From positions 224,001-288,000 of the forward strand of contig CAWAUV010000002.1 in the NCBI GenBank assembly GCA_963785305.1: a stretch of DNA of 64,000 nt. The letters run 5' to 3'. The DNA is from an uncultured Planctomycetaceae bacterium (lineage in GTDB: Bacteria > Planctomycetota > Planctomycetia > Pirellulales > PALSA-1355). This document shows positions 1-12,100 of the stretch, one piece after another; position 1 is the stretch's first letter, and the number at the start of each line of letters is the position of its first letter. The notes below the pieces were generated by a model. It made no database searches, was not told the origin of the DNA, and saw only the letters and a program-made list of their open reading frames with translations. A program made the position numbers and the translations under genes.

Positions 1-362
1 TGCCCATAGAAAATATTATCGCCGAGCACGAGCGCCACCGAATCGTCGCCGATGAAGTCGCGGCCGAGAACAAACGCCTGCGCGAGCCCCTCGGGCCGAG
101 GCTGCACGCAATACTCGATTCGAATGCCCCAGCGACTGCCATCGCCGAGCAGCCGCTCGAACGAACCGATGTCCGCGGGCGTCGAGATCAAGAGCACTTC
201 GCGAATGCCAGCGAGCATGAGCGTCGTGAGCGGATAATAGATCATGGGTTTGTCGTAGACCGGCAGCAATTGCTTGCTCATGGCGAGCGTGGCTGGGTGC
301 AGCCGTGTTCCCGCGCCACCGGCCAGGATGATGCCTTTACCGCATTGTGTCTTGCATTTCAT
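1..362 (-). CDS. rfbA: Glucose-1-phosphate thymidylyltransferase, 5' part (runs off left edge)
   Basis: Not in the ORF track. Manual translation from ATG at 362 gives [45 protein letters not shown]...EGLAQAF...[10 protein letters not shown], typical RmlA motifs. ATGA overlap with the rfbB stop. Confidence 0.95.
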   Translation of the reverse strand, partial: MKCKTQCGKGIILAGGAGTRLHPATLAMSKQLLPVYDKPMIYYPLTTLMLAGIREVLLISTPADIGSFERLLGDGSRWGIRIEYCVQPRPEGLAQAFVLGRDFIGDDSVALVLGDNIFYG

Positions 363-1431
363 GCGTGGCAGCTTTCGTTAAGGGTTCCAAGGCGTTCGCG
401 TCGATACACGCCGCTCGTGATGCGGTCGGTCCATTCTCGGTTGGCCAAATACCAGGCCACGGTCGTCTCGAGGCCCGATTCGAAATCGAATCGCGGGCGC
501 CAGCCGAGCGCGTCGCGAATCTTGCTCGCGTCGATCGCGTAGCGACGATCATGGCCGGGCCGGTCTTTCACGAAGGCGATCAATTTCTCCCGCGGGCCGA
601 TTGCCGCGTCGGGCCGCAAACGATCGAGCAGGCGGCAGATCGTGCGCACGACATGGATGTTCGTGCGTTCGCAATTTCCGCCGATATTGTACGTTTCGCC
701 CGGCGCGCCCGGGCAATGACTTCGCGCAGTGCGCGGCAGTGGTCTTCGACAAACAACCAGTCACGCACATTCATGCCGTCGCCATAGACCGGCAGCGGCT
801 TTCCCTCGAGCGCGTTGAGCAGCACGAGCGGGATCAGCTTTTCGGGAAACTGCCGCGGTCCGTAGTTGTTCGAACAATTCGTGATGATCGTCGGTAGGCC
901 GTAGGTGTGAAAATACGAGTGCGCGAAATGATCGCTCGAGGCTTTCGAGGCCGAATAGGGCGAGTTCGGGCGATAGGGCGTGTCTTCGGTAAATGCGCCG
1001 CTCGCGCCGAGCGAGCCGTAGACTTCGTCGGTGGAAACATGCAGAAAGCGGAACGATGCCCGAGCGTCGGCGTCGAGCGAACGCCAATATCCCCGCGCGG
1101 CTTCGAGCAGCGAGAATGTGCCGACCACGTTCGTTCGCACAAAAGCCTCGGGGCCGTCGATCGAACGGTCGACATGCGATTCGGCCGCGAGGTGGGCCAC
1201 CGCGTCGATCTTGTGCCGCCGCAAAAGCTCGGCCATGGCGGCAGTGTCGCAAATGTCGGCCTCGACGAACACATATCGCGGGTCGTCGAGCGTGTCGGCG
1301 AGCGAATCCAAGTTGCCGGCGTAGGTCAGATTGTCGACCGTGACGACCGTGCCGGCGTCGGCCTCCAGACACTGTCGCACAAGGCAGCTTCCGATGAAAC
1401 CCGCGCCACCGGTAATCAGAATATTCGGCAT
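359..1431 (-). CDS. rfbB: dTDP-glucose 4,6-dehydratase (one frameshift near 700)
   Basis: [37 protein letters not shown] and [14 protein letters not shown] in ORF 580..1461. The C-terminus ([16 protein letters not shown]) is in ORF 359..649. Confidence 0.93.
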
Positions 1432-1462
1432 AAACTCTCGCTGATCTTTCTCGGGAACCAAA

Positions 1463-2368
1463 CTAGTTGAGGCTCCGCATATAGTTGTTCAAGGCGTCTT
1501 GCCATCGCGACATCCTGGGGCCACCGAGCGCCTGATATTTTCGACAATCGAGCACGCTATATCGCGGCCGCGCGGCCTTGGCCCCGTATTCCGCGGTGGT
1601 AATGGCCTGGAGCCGGGTTGGCAGGCCCGCCTGACGAAAAATCTCGGCGGCGAAGCCATGCCAGGTGGTCTCGCCCTCGTTGGTCACGTGGTAAAGCCCC
1701 TCGGCGCCCGATTCGAGCAAATATACGATAGCGCTCGCGAGTTCCCGGACCGATGTCGGCGTGCATTGCTGATCGTCGACCACCCGAAGCTCGGGGCGCT
1801 CCTTGCCCAATCGGAGCATGATCGTAACGAAGTTGTCGGCTTTGCCGCTGGTCGCGCCACCGGGCCGATGTCCATACAATCCACAGGTTCGCACGACGAC
1901 ATTTCCGGCGCCTTGCAGCGCCAACGCTTCGCCGCGAAGCTTCGAGCTCGCATAGACACTTTTCGGCGCGGGAGCATCGGTCTCTCGATAGGGGCGATCG
2001 GGAACTTCGGGCGACCCGAAAACATAGTCCGTGCTCACATGCGCCATCCGACAATCGAACTTCGCGCACGCCTCGGCCAAGTTGCCCACGGCGGTCGCAT
2101 TCACGCGCTCGCACTGAACGGGCTCCTCCTCGGCCAAGTCGACTTTGGTGTAGGCAGTGGCATTTACGACCGCTTTCGGACGGCAATCGCCGATCGCGCG
2201 AGTTACCGCTTGGGCGTCGGTGATATCGAGCTCGCTACGAGAGAGCCCGATTGCCCTATCGCCCCATTGGCGCAATAACTCGCTTCCGAGTTGCCCGCGG
2301 CTGCCGAGAATAAGCACGGGTCGAGACAAAATTGGATCACGGCTCCTGAAGGATCGCAAAATCAACAC
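1463..2368 (-). CDS. rfbD: dTDP-4-dehydrorhamnose reductase
   Basis: [38 protein letters not shown] and RPRYSVLD motifs. Start codon uncertain. Confidence 0.92.
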   Translation of the reverse strand: MLILRSFRSRDPILSRPVLILGSRGQLGSELLRQWGDRAIGLSRSELDITDAQAVTRAIGDCRPKAVVNATAYTKVDLAEEEPVQCERVNATAVGNLAEACAKFDCRMAHVSTDYVFGSPEVPDRPYRETDAPAPKSVYASSKLRGEALALQGAGNVVVRTCGLYGHRPGGATSGKADNFVTIMLRLGKERPELRVVDDQQCTPTSVRELASAIVYLLESGAEGLYHVTNEGETTWHGFAAEIFRQAGLPTRLQAITTAEYGAKAARPRYSVLDCRKYQALGGPRMSRWQDALNNYMRSLN

Positions 2369-2459
2369 AACGATACAGGCCGTGCGTCAAACGCGGCGTG
2401 TTACGAACGCGTCACGGTGGTTGGTGGTTCTTGTCGGCTTCCCGAGTCTTGGGCCGGGG

Positions 2460-4868
2460 CTACGCGTGGCCATTTGACCGGCCCGCTCCCTCGGAATGAC
2501 CGTTCTGGCCATTTTGGCCATTCTTCGATTCGTGGTGCGCGGCATGTTCGTCGTCGTAGTACTTACCGCTACCGCCCGAGCCATAGCCATAGGCATAGCC
2601 ACCGTAGCCATATCGGCCGCCCATCTTGCCGCCTTCGCCAATGCCGTTGACGAACACACCGAGCAGATGCGCATCGACGCCGGCCAATTGCTCTTTCGCT
2701 CGCACAACTTGCGAACGCATGTCCTTCATTAGCCGCACCGCCAAGAGCACCGCGTCGGCCAGGGGCGCGATAATGCAGGGATCGGCCACCGCCAGCACCG
2801 GCGGGCAGTCGATGACGATGAAATCGTATTTCTCGCGATAGACTTGCAAGCATTCCTCGAATCGCGGCGAGGCCAACAATTCCGCGGGATTGCTCGGGCT
2901 TTCGCCACAAGCGACGCACCACAGATTGTCGACCACCGTCGTCTGCACGGCCTCGGGCGGGTCCAGTTCCCCGCGCAACACCGCGCTCAAGCCGCCGTCG
3001 TTCGTGATACTAAACAACTGGTGGACACGCGGCCGACGCATGTCGGCGTCGATCAGGAGCACCTTGCGGCCCGACTGAGCGATGCTGATCGCGAGATTCG
3101 TATTGAGCAGGGTCTTACCGTCGCCGGGATTGGCGCTGGTACACATGATGATCTGCTGTCGCCGGCCGCGACTGCCGAAGAAGATCGCAGTGCGCAGACC
3201 GCGAAACGCTTCCGCTTCGCGCGATTTTGGACGATGGTAGGCCACCAGACTCGCATCCATCGGGCTGTCGGCCGCGATCGATGTCGCCGGCTTGAGATGC
3301 ACGAGCCGCGTGAGCACGGGCAACTCGACCGTGTGGCGCACATCTTCCTCGCTGCGGAAGGAGCGATCGAGCTGTTCGGCTCCCAACGCCGCTCCGCCGC
3401 CGAGCATCAGGCCCACGATGCCGCCGATCAGCAGCACCCAATGCGCCTTGGGCCATACCTTTTCGCCGAGCTCGACCGGGGCGATGACTTCGGTGATCAA
3501 TTTGCCGTAGGCGCCGACCAAATGCAGTTCGCGGAGTCGGTCGATCACGGCGTCGTACAGGTCTTGCTTGCGCTTGACGTTGGTTCGGAGCGTCTCGCCC
3601 TTGAGCTCGGCGAACACCAGTTCCTTGGCCGAGGATTCTTCCTTGTTCGAGAGCGCCCGCATCTCGGCCTGCCGATTGTCGAGCGTGTTCAGGTCGTTCC
3701 TAAGCAATTTGACATAGGCGGTGACAAGCATTTCGGGATCGAGCCGGGCGCCCATTTCCTTGAGCTTGAGCGCGGCCCGCTTTTCTTGGACGAATTCCTT
3801 GGCGGTGGTCAACTGGGCGCGCACATCCTGCACCAGCGGATGCTCGGGACCATAGTCGGCCAGCAGCGTTTTCTCTTTCAAACTCAGCGGCAGCATCCCT
3901 TCATGCTCGGTTCGGGTGTACGCGGTCAGCCCGGGCACGATGCGCTGAAATTCTTCCGTTTCGGCCGAGCCGGTCTTCACCGCGACCAGCAGCGTCAGCC
4001 GCGCGACATGCGATTCGTCGATCAGCGACAATAGGTCAAGATCGTCGACCTTCGGGCCCAAGCTGGCCAGGGTGTGTTCGACGGTGTCGAGTCGAGTCTT
4101 GGCCGAAGCCCGCTCGACATCGAGTTCCGAGATGCTGTTTTGCAGCCGTTCGTAATTCAGCCGGGGAGCGTTGGTCGAGGTGTCGCCATTCCACAAGAGC
4201 GGCGCCTGCTCGCGAAAATGCTGATATTCGAGCTCCGCGGTTTCGAGGTCCTTGCCGATTTGGTCCTTGGCGTCGGTGATCAGTTTCACGGCTTCCTTGC
4301 TCACGTCCTGGAACTTCTCGGCGAGAAAATCCTGGTAGCTCTCGATGATGGCGGAGAGCACATGCTCGGCGTCGACATCCGACACGTGGCGAAAAGAAAC
4401 ATTAAGCACATTGGCCAACTTGGCCTGACCAGAGCCGCCGCGAGTGACCTTGAGATGATCGATGATGTATTCGACCTCGCTCTCATCCGTGGCCAGCCGG
4501 CGTTCGATCGAGGGCAGCCCCTCGAGATGATGCTTTTTGAGCGCGGTATGGATGATCGCGGGGCTTTGCACGATTTGCATGTGCGTGGCCATGAGGTCTT
4601 CGCTCACCTCGCTTGACCGCTCGCCCGACGACTCCATGCCGCGAGCCGGCAAGTTGGCGTCTTTCTTCATCACGAGCACTTGGGCCGCCGATTCATACTT
4701 GGTCGAGGCGAGAAAGTAATACGCCGTCGCGGCCGCCAAGCCGACCAGCACTCCGCCCGTCACGATTGGCCAGCGACGCAGCAGCACGCCGCCCAGGTCG
4801 AGCCCCTCGGCGTTAAAAGGATTTCGTGCGGCAGCCTGGTTCTCCGACGCGCCGTTTTTCGAGCTCAT
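2460..4868 (-). CDS. wzc: Polysaccharide chain-length regulator / tyrosine autokinase (Wzc-like)
   Basis: N-terminal TM segment, long coiled-coil, second TM, EAFRGLRT, Walker A-like SANPGDGKT, LLIDADMRRP, VIDCPP, and a C-terminal Tyr cluster YGYGGYAYGYG...KYYD. Confidence 0.9.
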   Translation of the reverse strand: MSSKNGASENQAAARNPFNAEGLDLGGVLLRRWPIVTGGVLVGLAAATAYYFLASTKYESAAQVLVMKKDANLPARGMESSGERSSEVSEDLMATHMQIVQSPAIIHTALKKHHLEGLPSIERRLATDESEVEYIIDHLKVTRGGSGQAKLANVLNVSFRHVSDVDAEHVLSAIIESYQDFLAEKFQDVSKEAVKLITDAKDQIGKDLETAELEYQHFREQAPLLWNGDTSTNAPRLNYERLQNSISELDVERASAKTRLDTVEHTLASLGPKVDDLDLLSLIDESHVARLTLLVAVKTGSAETEEFQRIVPGLTAYTRTEHEGMLPLSLKEKTLLADYGPEHPLVQDVRAQLTTAKEFVQEKRAALKLKEMGARLDPEMLVTAYVKLLRNDLNTLDNRQAEMRALSNKEESSAKELVFAELKGETLRTNVKRKQDLYDAVIDRLRELHLVGAYGKLITEVIAPVELGEKVWPKAHWVLLIGGIVGLMLGGGAALGAEQLDRSFRSEEDVRHTVELPVLTRLVHLKPATSIAADSPMDASLVAYHRPKSREAEAFRGLRTAIFFGSRGRRQQIIMCTSANPGDGKTLLNTNLAISIAQSGRKVLLIDADMRRPRVHQLFSITNDGGLSAVLRGELDPPEAVQTTVVDNLWCVACGESPSNPAELLASPRFEECLQVYREKYDFIVIDCPPVLAVADPCIIAPLADAVLLAVRLMKDMRSQVVRAKEQLAGVDAHLLGVFVNGIGEGGKMGGRYGYGGYAYGYGSGGSGKYYDDEHAAHHESKNGQNGQNGHSEGAGRSNGHA

Positions 4869-4986
4869 GGGTATTCGCCTGAATTAAAAAATGCTTTCGA
4901 ACGATTCAGTCTTTTATGATTTCGGCTTGCCGGTCCTTGTCCACTTGCCGATGCTTTCGCGGAACGGACAAACGCTCCCGCGAAAT

Positions 4987-6583
4987 TCAATACGCGCCCT
5001 CGCAGCGCAAGACCACCTTCAAGGTTCGCGCCAGGATATAGGCGTCGAACCAAGGCGACCAATTGCGAATGTAATGCGCGTCGAACTCCGCGCGACTCTG
5101 GAAGCTTGTTAAATTGCGTCCGTTGATCTGCCACAAGCCCGTGATTCCGGGACGCAAGCGCGTGTAAAGGTGCAAATGCGGGTACCGATCGATTTCATCG
5201 GGGGTGATCGGTCTTGGCCCCACGAGGCTCATGTCGCCGCGAAGCACATTCCAAAGCTGCGGCAGCTCGTCGAGGCTGGTCTTGCGTAGCAGGCGACCGA
5301 CGCGGGTCAGCCGTGGATCGCGCTTCAGCTTGCGATAACGTTCCCATTCGAGCCGCTGCTCGGGATGCTTTTCGAGATATTTGGGCAGCAACGCGTCGGC
5401 GTTGGCGACCATCGAGCGAAATTTCCAAGCGCGAAAGCGTCGACCGTTGTGCCCCACTCGTTGCTGGGAAAAAAAGACCGGCCCCTCGGAAGTCAACTTC
5501 ACGAAACAGGCGATCGCGGCCAAGAGCGGTAAGAGAAACAGCCCGCCGAGCGCCGCGACGGCGACGTCCATGGCGCGTTTGATGAATTTCGGCCCCGGCA
5601 ACAGGAGCCGCTCGTCGATGCGTGTTCCGGCGAGGCCGCCGCAGTCGCGAGCGCCGTCCCAGCCGCGCAAACCATCTTCATCCAGCGCGTTGACGACCAA
5701 GAAATGGGGAATCGTGGTCGCGTGGCGATCGAGGATTTCAGTAAGCTCCGCCGTCGAGTTCTTCGCGAGCACGATAATGCCCCAGAAGACGTTGAACCGA
5801 TCGGCAATGTTCCGCGTGGCGGCCGACGGCCCCAGATACCACGCCGTGTCGAGCGAGTCGTCGGCCCAATGCGACCCCAGATCGGACACGACACCAATCG
5901 GCCGCAGCCCACGAGCCGGATTCGCTTGCAACCGGCGATAGACCGCCGCCGCCTCGGCGCCGGAGCCGAAAACCACGGCAGGCTGCGACCACCACCACAT
6001 TCGCGCCGCGAGCGAGCGAGCCATCGAGCGAAACACGGGCACGAGCACGAGAGCGATCAACCAGGTCAATGAAAGCGCGAGCACCATGCGCGCGGGATTG
6101 GTCGCATGCACCACGCAGATCAGATCGAGAATCGCGATCCAGAGCGTGGTCGTGATCGTTGTCAGCCGCATTTCGGCCAGGGGCGACATCCCCACGGCGG
6201 GATAAAGTCCCAGGCTCGCGCCGATCATCGGATGCATGAGCACCAGCGCCCAACGCACCAGCACGAGGCCCGACACCGCCGCCGCAACACCGCCGGCTGC
6301 CGAGAACAACGTCATCGACACGAAACAGGCGAGCATCAACGCGCACATATCCGACGCGAACAGAGGCGCTGGTCGCGAATGTTTGGCTCACATATTTCAA
6401 TCCGAATCGAAGCGACACGGGTCGGCATGCCGGCTCGCGCTCCGCGTCGCGATCGAGCGCGCCTACCTCGAACTCCTCGGCCACGACCCGCGCGGCCAAG
6501 AGTTCCGTCGACGACTCGTTCCCATGTCGCAAGACGCCGGAGGTTTCCTCCAGCGGCCAGCTCTCAATGGATCGTGTGCTCAT
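4987..6583 (-). CDS. Undecaprenyl-phosphate sugar phosphotransferase (WbaP/WcaJ family); probable frameshift near 6365
   Basis: TM helices then [60 protein letters not shown], ending GAY. The N-terminus (MSTRSIESW) probably lies in another frame from ATG 6583, after GAAGGGAG. Confidence 0.88.
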
Positions 6584-6643
6584 GCGAACATACTCCCTTC
6601 GCGGCGGCGACAATCACTTCGACACACCGAATCCCCGGTTCGC

Positions 6644-6660
6644 AGCAACTGACATGCCAA
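6644..6660 (-). promoter_or_regulatory. Sigma-54 (-24/-12) promoter of the EPS operon
   Basis: Minus strand reads TTGGCATGTCAGTTGCT: GG-N10-GC, matching TGGCAC-N5-TTGCW, about 60 nt upstream of the first EPS gene. Confidence 0.7.
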
Positions 6661-7373
6661 TGTTCTTCGACCCCGTGCGATACCGTTTATCGCCAGCGCC
6701 AACAGGAGGCCGAGAACGCGATGAACACAATGCTCATCCGCAATCGGCTTCAACGTTTTTTGATCGCGACGGAGATCGACTCCCTCGGCCGCGATAAGCC
6801 CGCGGCTCATCGCAATGCATCGTTTTTCACATCGATGCCCTTCAGCGGCGAAGCCCATCATGCTTACGACTTTCCCGCGTTTCAAGCCTGCAACACCGAA
6901 ATCTCATCACGCGATCACGTGTTGCCAATACCATACCCGTCTAGTACACAATTTGCGTCTTATTCATGCGATCCGCGCATGCCTCACGTCGCGAATCGCT
7001 AATCGGAATTGCCTTGCGAAAGTGGCCGCCCGCGACCCGTTCGCGCTCGTTCCTCGTTCGGCGTGAAGCGCGCGCTTTGTGTCGCAAATCGCCCTGCCGG
7101 AACAACTTCGCCGCGAGCCACGCCATTTCTCGCCGATGCTAATAGGCCGCGCAGGTCCAGTTCGCCCGCGAACGGACTAATCGCCGAGTTCCGCCGAAAA
7201 TAAGTCGAAATCACCCGGCGGTTCGCGGCGCTTGGTTCATGTCAGTCGTGTGGTTCATGCACACGCATCGCGCCGCGGTCAGCTGCGCGCGAGCCGTCGT
7301 TCGTCGATCGCCGGTCGTTGCTTCCCGAGTCATCGCCCCAAACTGTACACAATCGCGCGATATCCTCAAGGTA

Positions 7374-7401
7374 TTGACAAGCAATGGCGAAAATTTAAAT
7401 T
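7374..7401 (+). promoter_or_regulatory. Possible sigma-70 promoter
   Basis: TTGACA-N16-TAAATT in an AT-richer intergenic patch, pointing toward the PKS operon. Confidence 0.3.
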
Positions 7402-8033
7402 CTCCGCCGCCGCGGGTTCCGAGGGTCGGCCGCCATTTGCTGGCAATTCGAGGTCGCGAATTGTCATTGGAAGCGGGAGTTCACACTTTCAGAGAGCCGC
7501 CAGGCCGGGACTCGCAATTCCAAGACCACGGAGTTTCGTCGGGCTCAAAGGCATGCCAGGAGGCAATAGGAACTTCGCGACTCGCGATTCGCAAAATGCG
7601 ATTACAGCGAGTTTTATGGCGATATTCGCCGTAATTTCCAGAAAATGTTGGCTGACCCGTTTTGTCGCGCCAATCCGCACAAGGCGCCTTCTTAGTGGGC
7701 GCCGCGCTCGCGCGTTGTAATAAGAGCGCTCGCTGCTTCCCTCGCACTCGAAGAGCGAGTGGCATCGAATCGCTTTCAGATTCACTAGGTTTCGTCGCGA
7801 CATCACCGCGCGGCGCGTTGTGTCGCGTATTTTCGACCCGCCAGGGATGCGTTTTCAATCGGCCGATGAATCGTTCCGCCAAAACACCCTCCATCGCCCA
7901 AGCCAGCTCCATTTCGCGATTCGCCTCGGCGCGCCGTTTGCAAAGGAATCGCTCGTTTGACAGCTTCCGGGAGGGCAAGCACACTGACTGAGTTGAACTC
8001 CAATCGCAACTGCCCACCAATCGCCGAAGCCTG

Positions 8034-9110
8034 ATGAACGCTCGAACCAGGAACCCGATGTTTTTAGCGCTCACGCTTGGGTGTTGCCTGGGAACGGTCG
8101 CGTTTGATTCGGCGCGAAGCTTGGCCGAGGAGCGACCACCGGCGGGTGTCAAGATTCTCAAGTCGGTCCCGCGGCGCGAAGCCGAGATAGTCGCCTTGTT
8201 CGAGCAGTCCCGCGGACAGGCTTGCGAGCAAGTGCCTGTCGATTCTCCGATCGAGACGAAGCATTTCGCGCTGGCCTACGACTCCGCTGTCCGCGAGAGC
8301 CCGTCCGATGCGTCGACCAACCGGCGCTCCGACTTACCTGTTCCGACATCGCGGCGCACCGCGCTTTCGCTGGGCCTTGATGTTTCACGGGCCGATCAAT
8401 CGAAGCTTCCGCTGGGCAGCGGCGGCCTAATCATGGATTACATCCACGGCAATTATGTCGTGGTGCAGGTCCGCGTGTGCAGGGACCTCGTCGACGACGA
8501 AATCTATTTGAATAGTCGACCGCTGGCGGCGATGGCCAAGTTTCGCGGCGCGCGTTTGACTCAAGAGTTCGTCGAAACCACGGCCACTTCGGTTGCCAAC
8601 ATTCGCGGCGCCGGCCTCTGGCTGCGAGCCGGACAAAAGCCCTCGCCCGCCAATCTGCGCACAGCGGTGTTCGTGCATAAGGACCTGGCTTTAGTCGACG
8701 AGGGCGGCAAGTCCGATATCCAGCCGAACTATGAGCTCGTGTTCGTGCGCGCCGCCCGCGCGAGGGCCGCGACACCGGCGGAGTCGAGTTGCATGCCTTC
8801 GTGACTACCGAGCAGCGGGGCCGTCTGAACTATCTCGATGTGTCGCGGTGGCCCGCCGACGCCGAGGATTGCAGCATCAAAGGCACGATCTTCTTCACGG
8901 AATACCGCTTCGCGCAGCGAATTCCCTCGGCCGCCGCCACGCGGAGTTTCGTTTTACGCGCTCGCGGGCGATTCGCGATCGACAAGCTCGACGCCTATGC
9001 GCGGGCTCAACATTGGTCTGGCGACGCGCTGGACAATCTTACGGATACGCTCGATGCCGTGATTGACGGAAAAATCGATTACGCGGCCCCAGGGTTGAGA
9101 AAGCACGACT
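8034..9110 (+). CDS. Hypothetical exported protein (probable frameshift near 8770; 3' end uncertain)
   Basis: Signal-peptide-like N-terminus (MFLALTLGCCLGTVAFDSARSLA) in ORF 8034..8804. Protein-like sequence continues in frame 8789 (HAFVTTEQRGRLNYL...LDAVIDGKIDY). Confidence 0.5.
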
Positions 9111-9157
9111 TAAGATTATTGAACAGACCCTTAACGATAACTCCCGCTGCGCGCCAC

Positions 9158-12100
9158 ATGCCGTATCTTTTATTGTCCGGGGCCACGGGCCTGCTGGGCC
9201 GCTATTTGTTGCGCGACCTATTATCGGCCGACGTGCCGGTCGCGGTGCTTGCGCGACGATCCGTGGCGGCGACGGCGGCGCGCCCGCGTCGATGCTCTCT
9301 TGCGTCCCTGGGAGTCCGCTTCGGGCCGCGCCTGGCCGCGCCCGGTCGTGATCGAGGCCGACCTCGCCAAGCCCGACTTGGGCCTCGACGCCGCGAGCTT
9401 CGCCTGGATTGCTCGCCGTGTCGATCGCGTGCTGCATTCGGCCGCGAGTCTCACGTTCCATGCGGGTGGCCCCGACGACGAGCCGTTTCGCACGAATGTC
9501 GCGGGAGCGCGGGCGCTGCTCGACCTTTGTGCCCGCGCCGGAGTCGAGCGATTCTTCCACGTGTCGACCGCCTATGTCGCTGGTCTCCGCGCGGGGACGG
9601 TGCTCGAGCGCGATCTCGACGTCGGTCAGGGCTGGGGCAACGATTACGAACGCAGCAAGGTCCAGGCCGAGCAGTGCGTGCGCTCGGCGCCGCTGCGATA
9701 TCGGCCCACGATCTTTCGGCCTTCGATCATCGTGGGCGATTCCAAGACCGCATATACTTCGACCTATCATGGCTTCTATGCTCCGCTCAAAGCCGCGCTT
9801 GAGCTTGCCGGCGGCACGAGGGCCTCGCGCTGGACGCGATTGCCATCTTTTCAATCATTGCTGGGTCTCGGCGGCGACGAACGCAAGAACTTGGTTCCGG
9901 TCGACTGGGTGTCGAGCGTCATCACCCATATCGTCACGCACGAAGCATTGCATGGCGAGTGTTATCACTTGACGCATCCCGAACCGGCGCGCGTCGCCGA
10001 TATCGAAGGCGCGTTGCTCGACGCCGCGAAAGCCGAAGTCCTGTCGGCGGCCGATCTCGCGCGCGACCCGGCGGCGCCAACGCGATCGGTCGCCGATCCG
10101 TCGAATCGCATGGCGCTCGACTCGCGCGCGCCGCGGCTTGAATCGCTCTTTAGCGAACAGATGCAAACCTATCGCGCCTATTTTCGCGATGACCCGACCT
10201 TCGACATGGTGAACACCCTCGGCGCGGCGGGCCACCTGCCTTGCCCAGCTCTCGATCGCCCGCGGCTCACGCGGCTGGCGCAAGCGGCGATTCGCGCCAA
10301 TTTCGGTTGGCCCAAACCGCCCGAATCGGCGCCCGAGTTCGATGCCGCAACATTGCTCGAGCGAAGCGCGAGGAAAAGCGTCACGCCCCGTCCGTCTGAA
10401 TTCACGTCGTCCATTGGTCTCGATGTGAGCGGCTCCGGCGGCGGCCAATGGACTATGAACTTCGCTGGCGATGACCTCGTCGGCCACGAACCCGGCTTGC
10501 CCGACCCCTCCGCTCCAGACACCTCGAACACGGTCGCAACGTGCTCGCTGCATGTCACCACGCTCGCGGCGATCGCAAGCGGAGATTGCCCGGCCGATCA
10601 AACGGCGCTCTCGGGCCGCATGTTGATCGAGCGGGCCGCCGAAACGAAGCACGACATCGCCGCGCTGTTGCAGAACGCTCTCGGTCCCGAGAAGCCGGCC
10701 TCATCGACCACGCCGCCAACGCCGCCGCAACCGGCGGCCGAGCCGGCGCCCCTCTTGGCCAGCGCCGCCAAGCGTCAACCGCTGGCGATCGTCGGCATGG
10801 CATGCCGATTACCGGGCGCCGACGGGCTCGACGAATATTGGAATTTGCTCGCGGCCGGCCACTGCGCCATCGACGAACTACCGCTCGAGCGGCTCGACCG
10901 TTCGCTTTATTACGACGCCGGCCGCGGCGTGCGTGGCAAAACCTATTCGACCCTCGGCGGCTCGATTTCGTCGCGCCCGATGGACCGCGTGCTTTGTCCG
11001 CTTTCCGAAGAGCTCATGGCCTCGGCCGATCCCGCGCACGCGATTTTGTGTGAAGTGGCCGCGGCGGCCTGGCGCCACGCGGGCTACGATCCGTTCGCAC
11101 TGCCGATCCGCAATGTCGGCGTCTACATTGGTCATTCGGCCGGCAGCGAACTCTCGACGGAATACATGCTCGGCACGCTCGCCCAACATTGGGCCGAATC
11201 GCTCCGCGAGCTACCGGCTTTCGCCGAAATGTCGCCGGCGGAGCAAGACGCCGTGATCTTGGATGTCGTGGCCCGCATTCGCCGCGATAAGCCCCGCCGC
11301 CGCGCCGTGGACGAAGCGAGCGGCGTCGGCGGGCCGGTGCTCGAAGCCAATGTGGCCGCCGGATTGATTGCCCGCGTGATGCGGCTCGATGGACCGCAAA
11401 TGGTGCTCGACGCCGCCTGCGCGTCGTCGCTCACGGCGCTCGCGCTAGCCGCCATGGCGCTCGAACGGGGCGAAATCGACGCGGCCGTCGTTGGCGGCGC
11501 CTCGTACAACAAATGCGTGAGCTTGCTCCTGTTCTCGCAGGCCCAATCATGCAGCGGCTCGGGCTCGCGCCCTTCGACGCCGACGCCGATGGGCTCATCA
11601 GTTCCGAAGGCTATGTGTCGCTCGTGGTCAAGACGCTCGACCGGGCCATTGCCGATGGCGACACCGTGCATGCCGTCGTGCGCGGGATCGGCATGTCGTC
11701 CGATGGTCGCGGGCGCAGCCTTTGGGCGCCGCGCAAGGAAGGCCAGATCGAGGCGATGCGCCGCGCTTATGAAAGCGGAGTCGGGCTCGATGAAGTGCAG
11801 TATGTCGAGACCCACGCCACAAGCACCCAGGTGGGCGACGCCACCGAGATCGAAGCTCTCGCCAGCGTGTTTCGCGAGCGGATCGAGCCCGGTCGCAAGA
11901 TTCCGATCGGCAGCGTGAAAAGCAACATCGGCCACACCCTCGAGACCGCCGGACTCGCCGGACTCTTGAAAGTGGTGTTGGCGATGAAGCACGGCCGGAT
12001 TCCGGCCTCGATCGGCGTGCGGCGTTTGAATCCCGAGGTCGATTGGAGCTCCATGCCGCTCGAAGTGGCGACCGCGCCGCGCCCGTGGCCGGGAGCCGAA

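Noticed and set aside
6721..7002. ORF after an AGGAGG sequence in the EPS/PKS intergenic region
   Set aside because: No recognisable motif and atypical composition; it occupies the expected enhancer zone of the sigma-54 promoter. Not called as a CDS.
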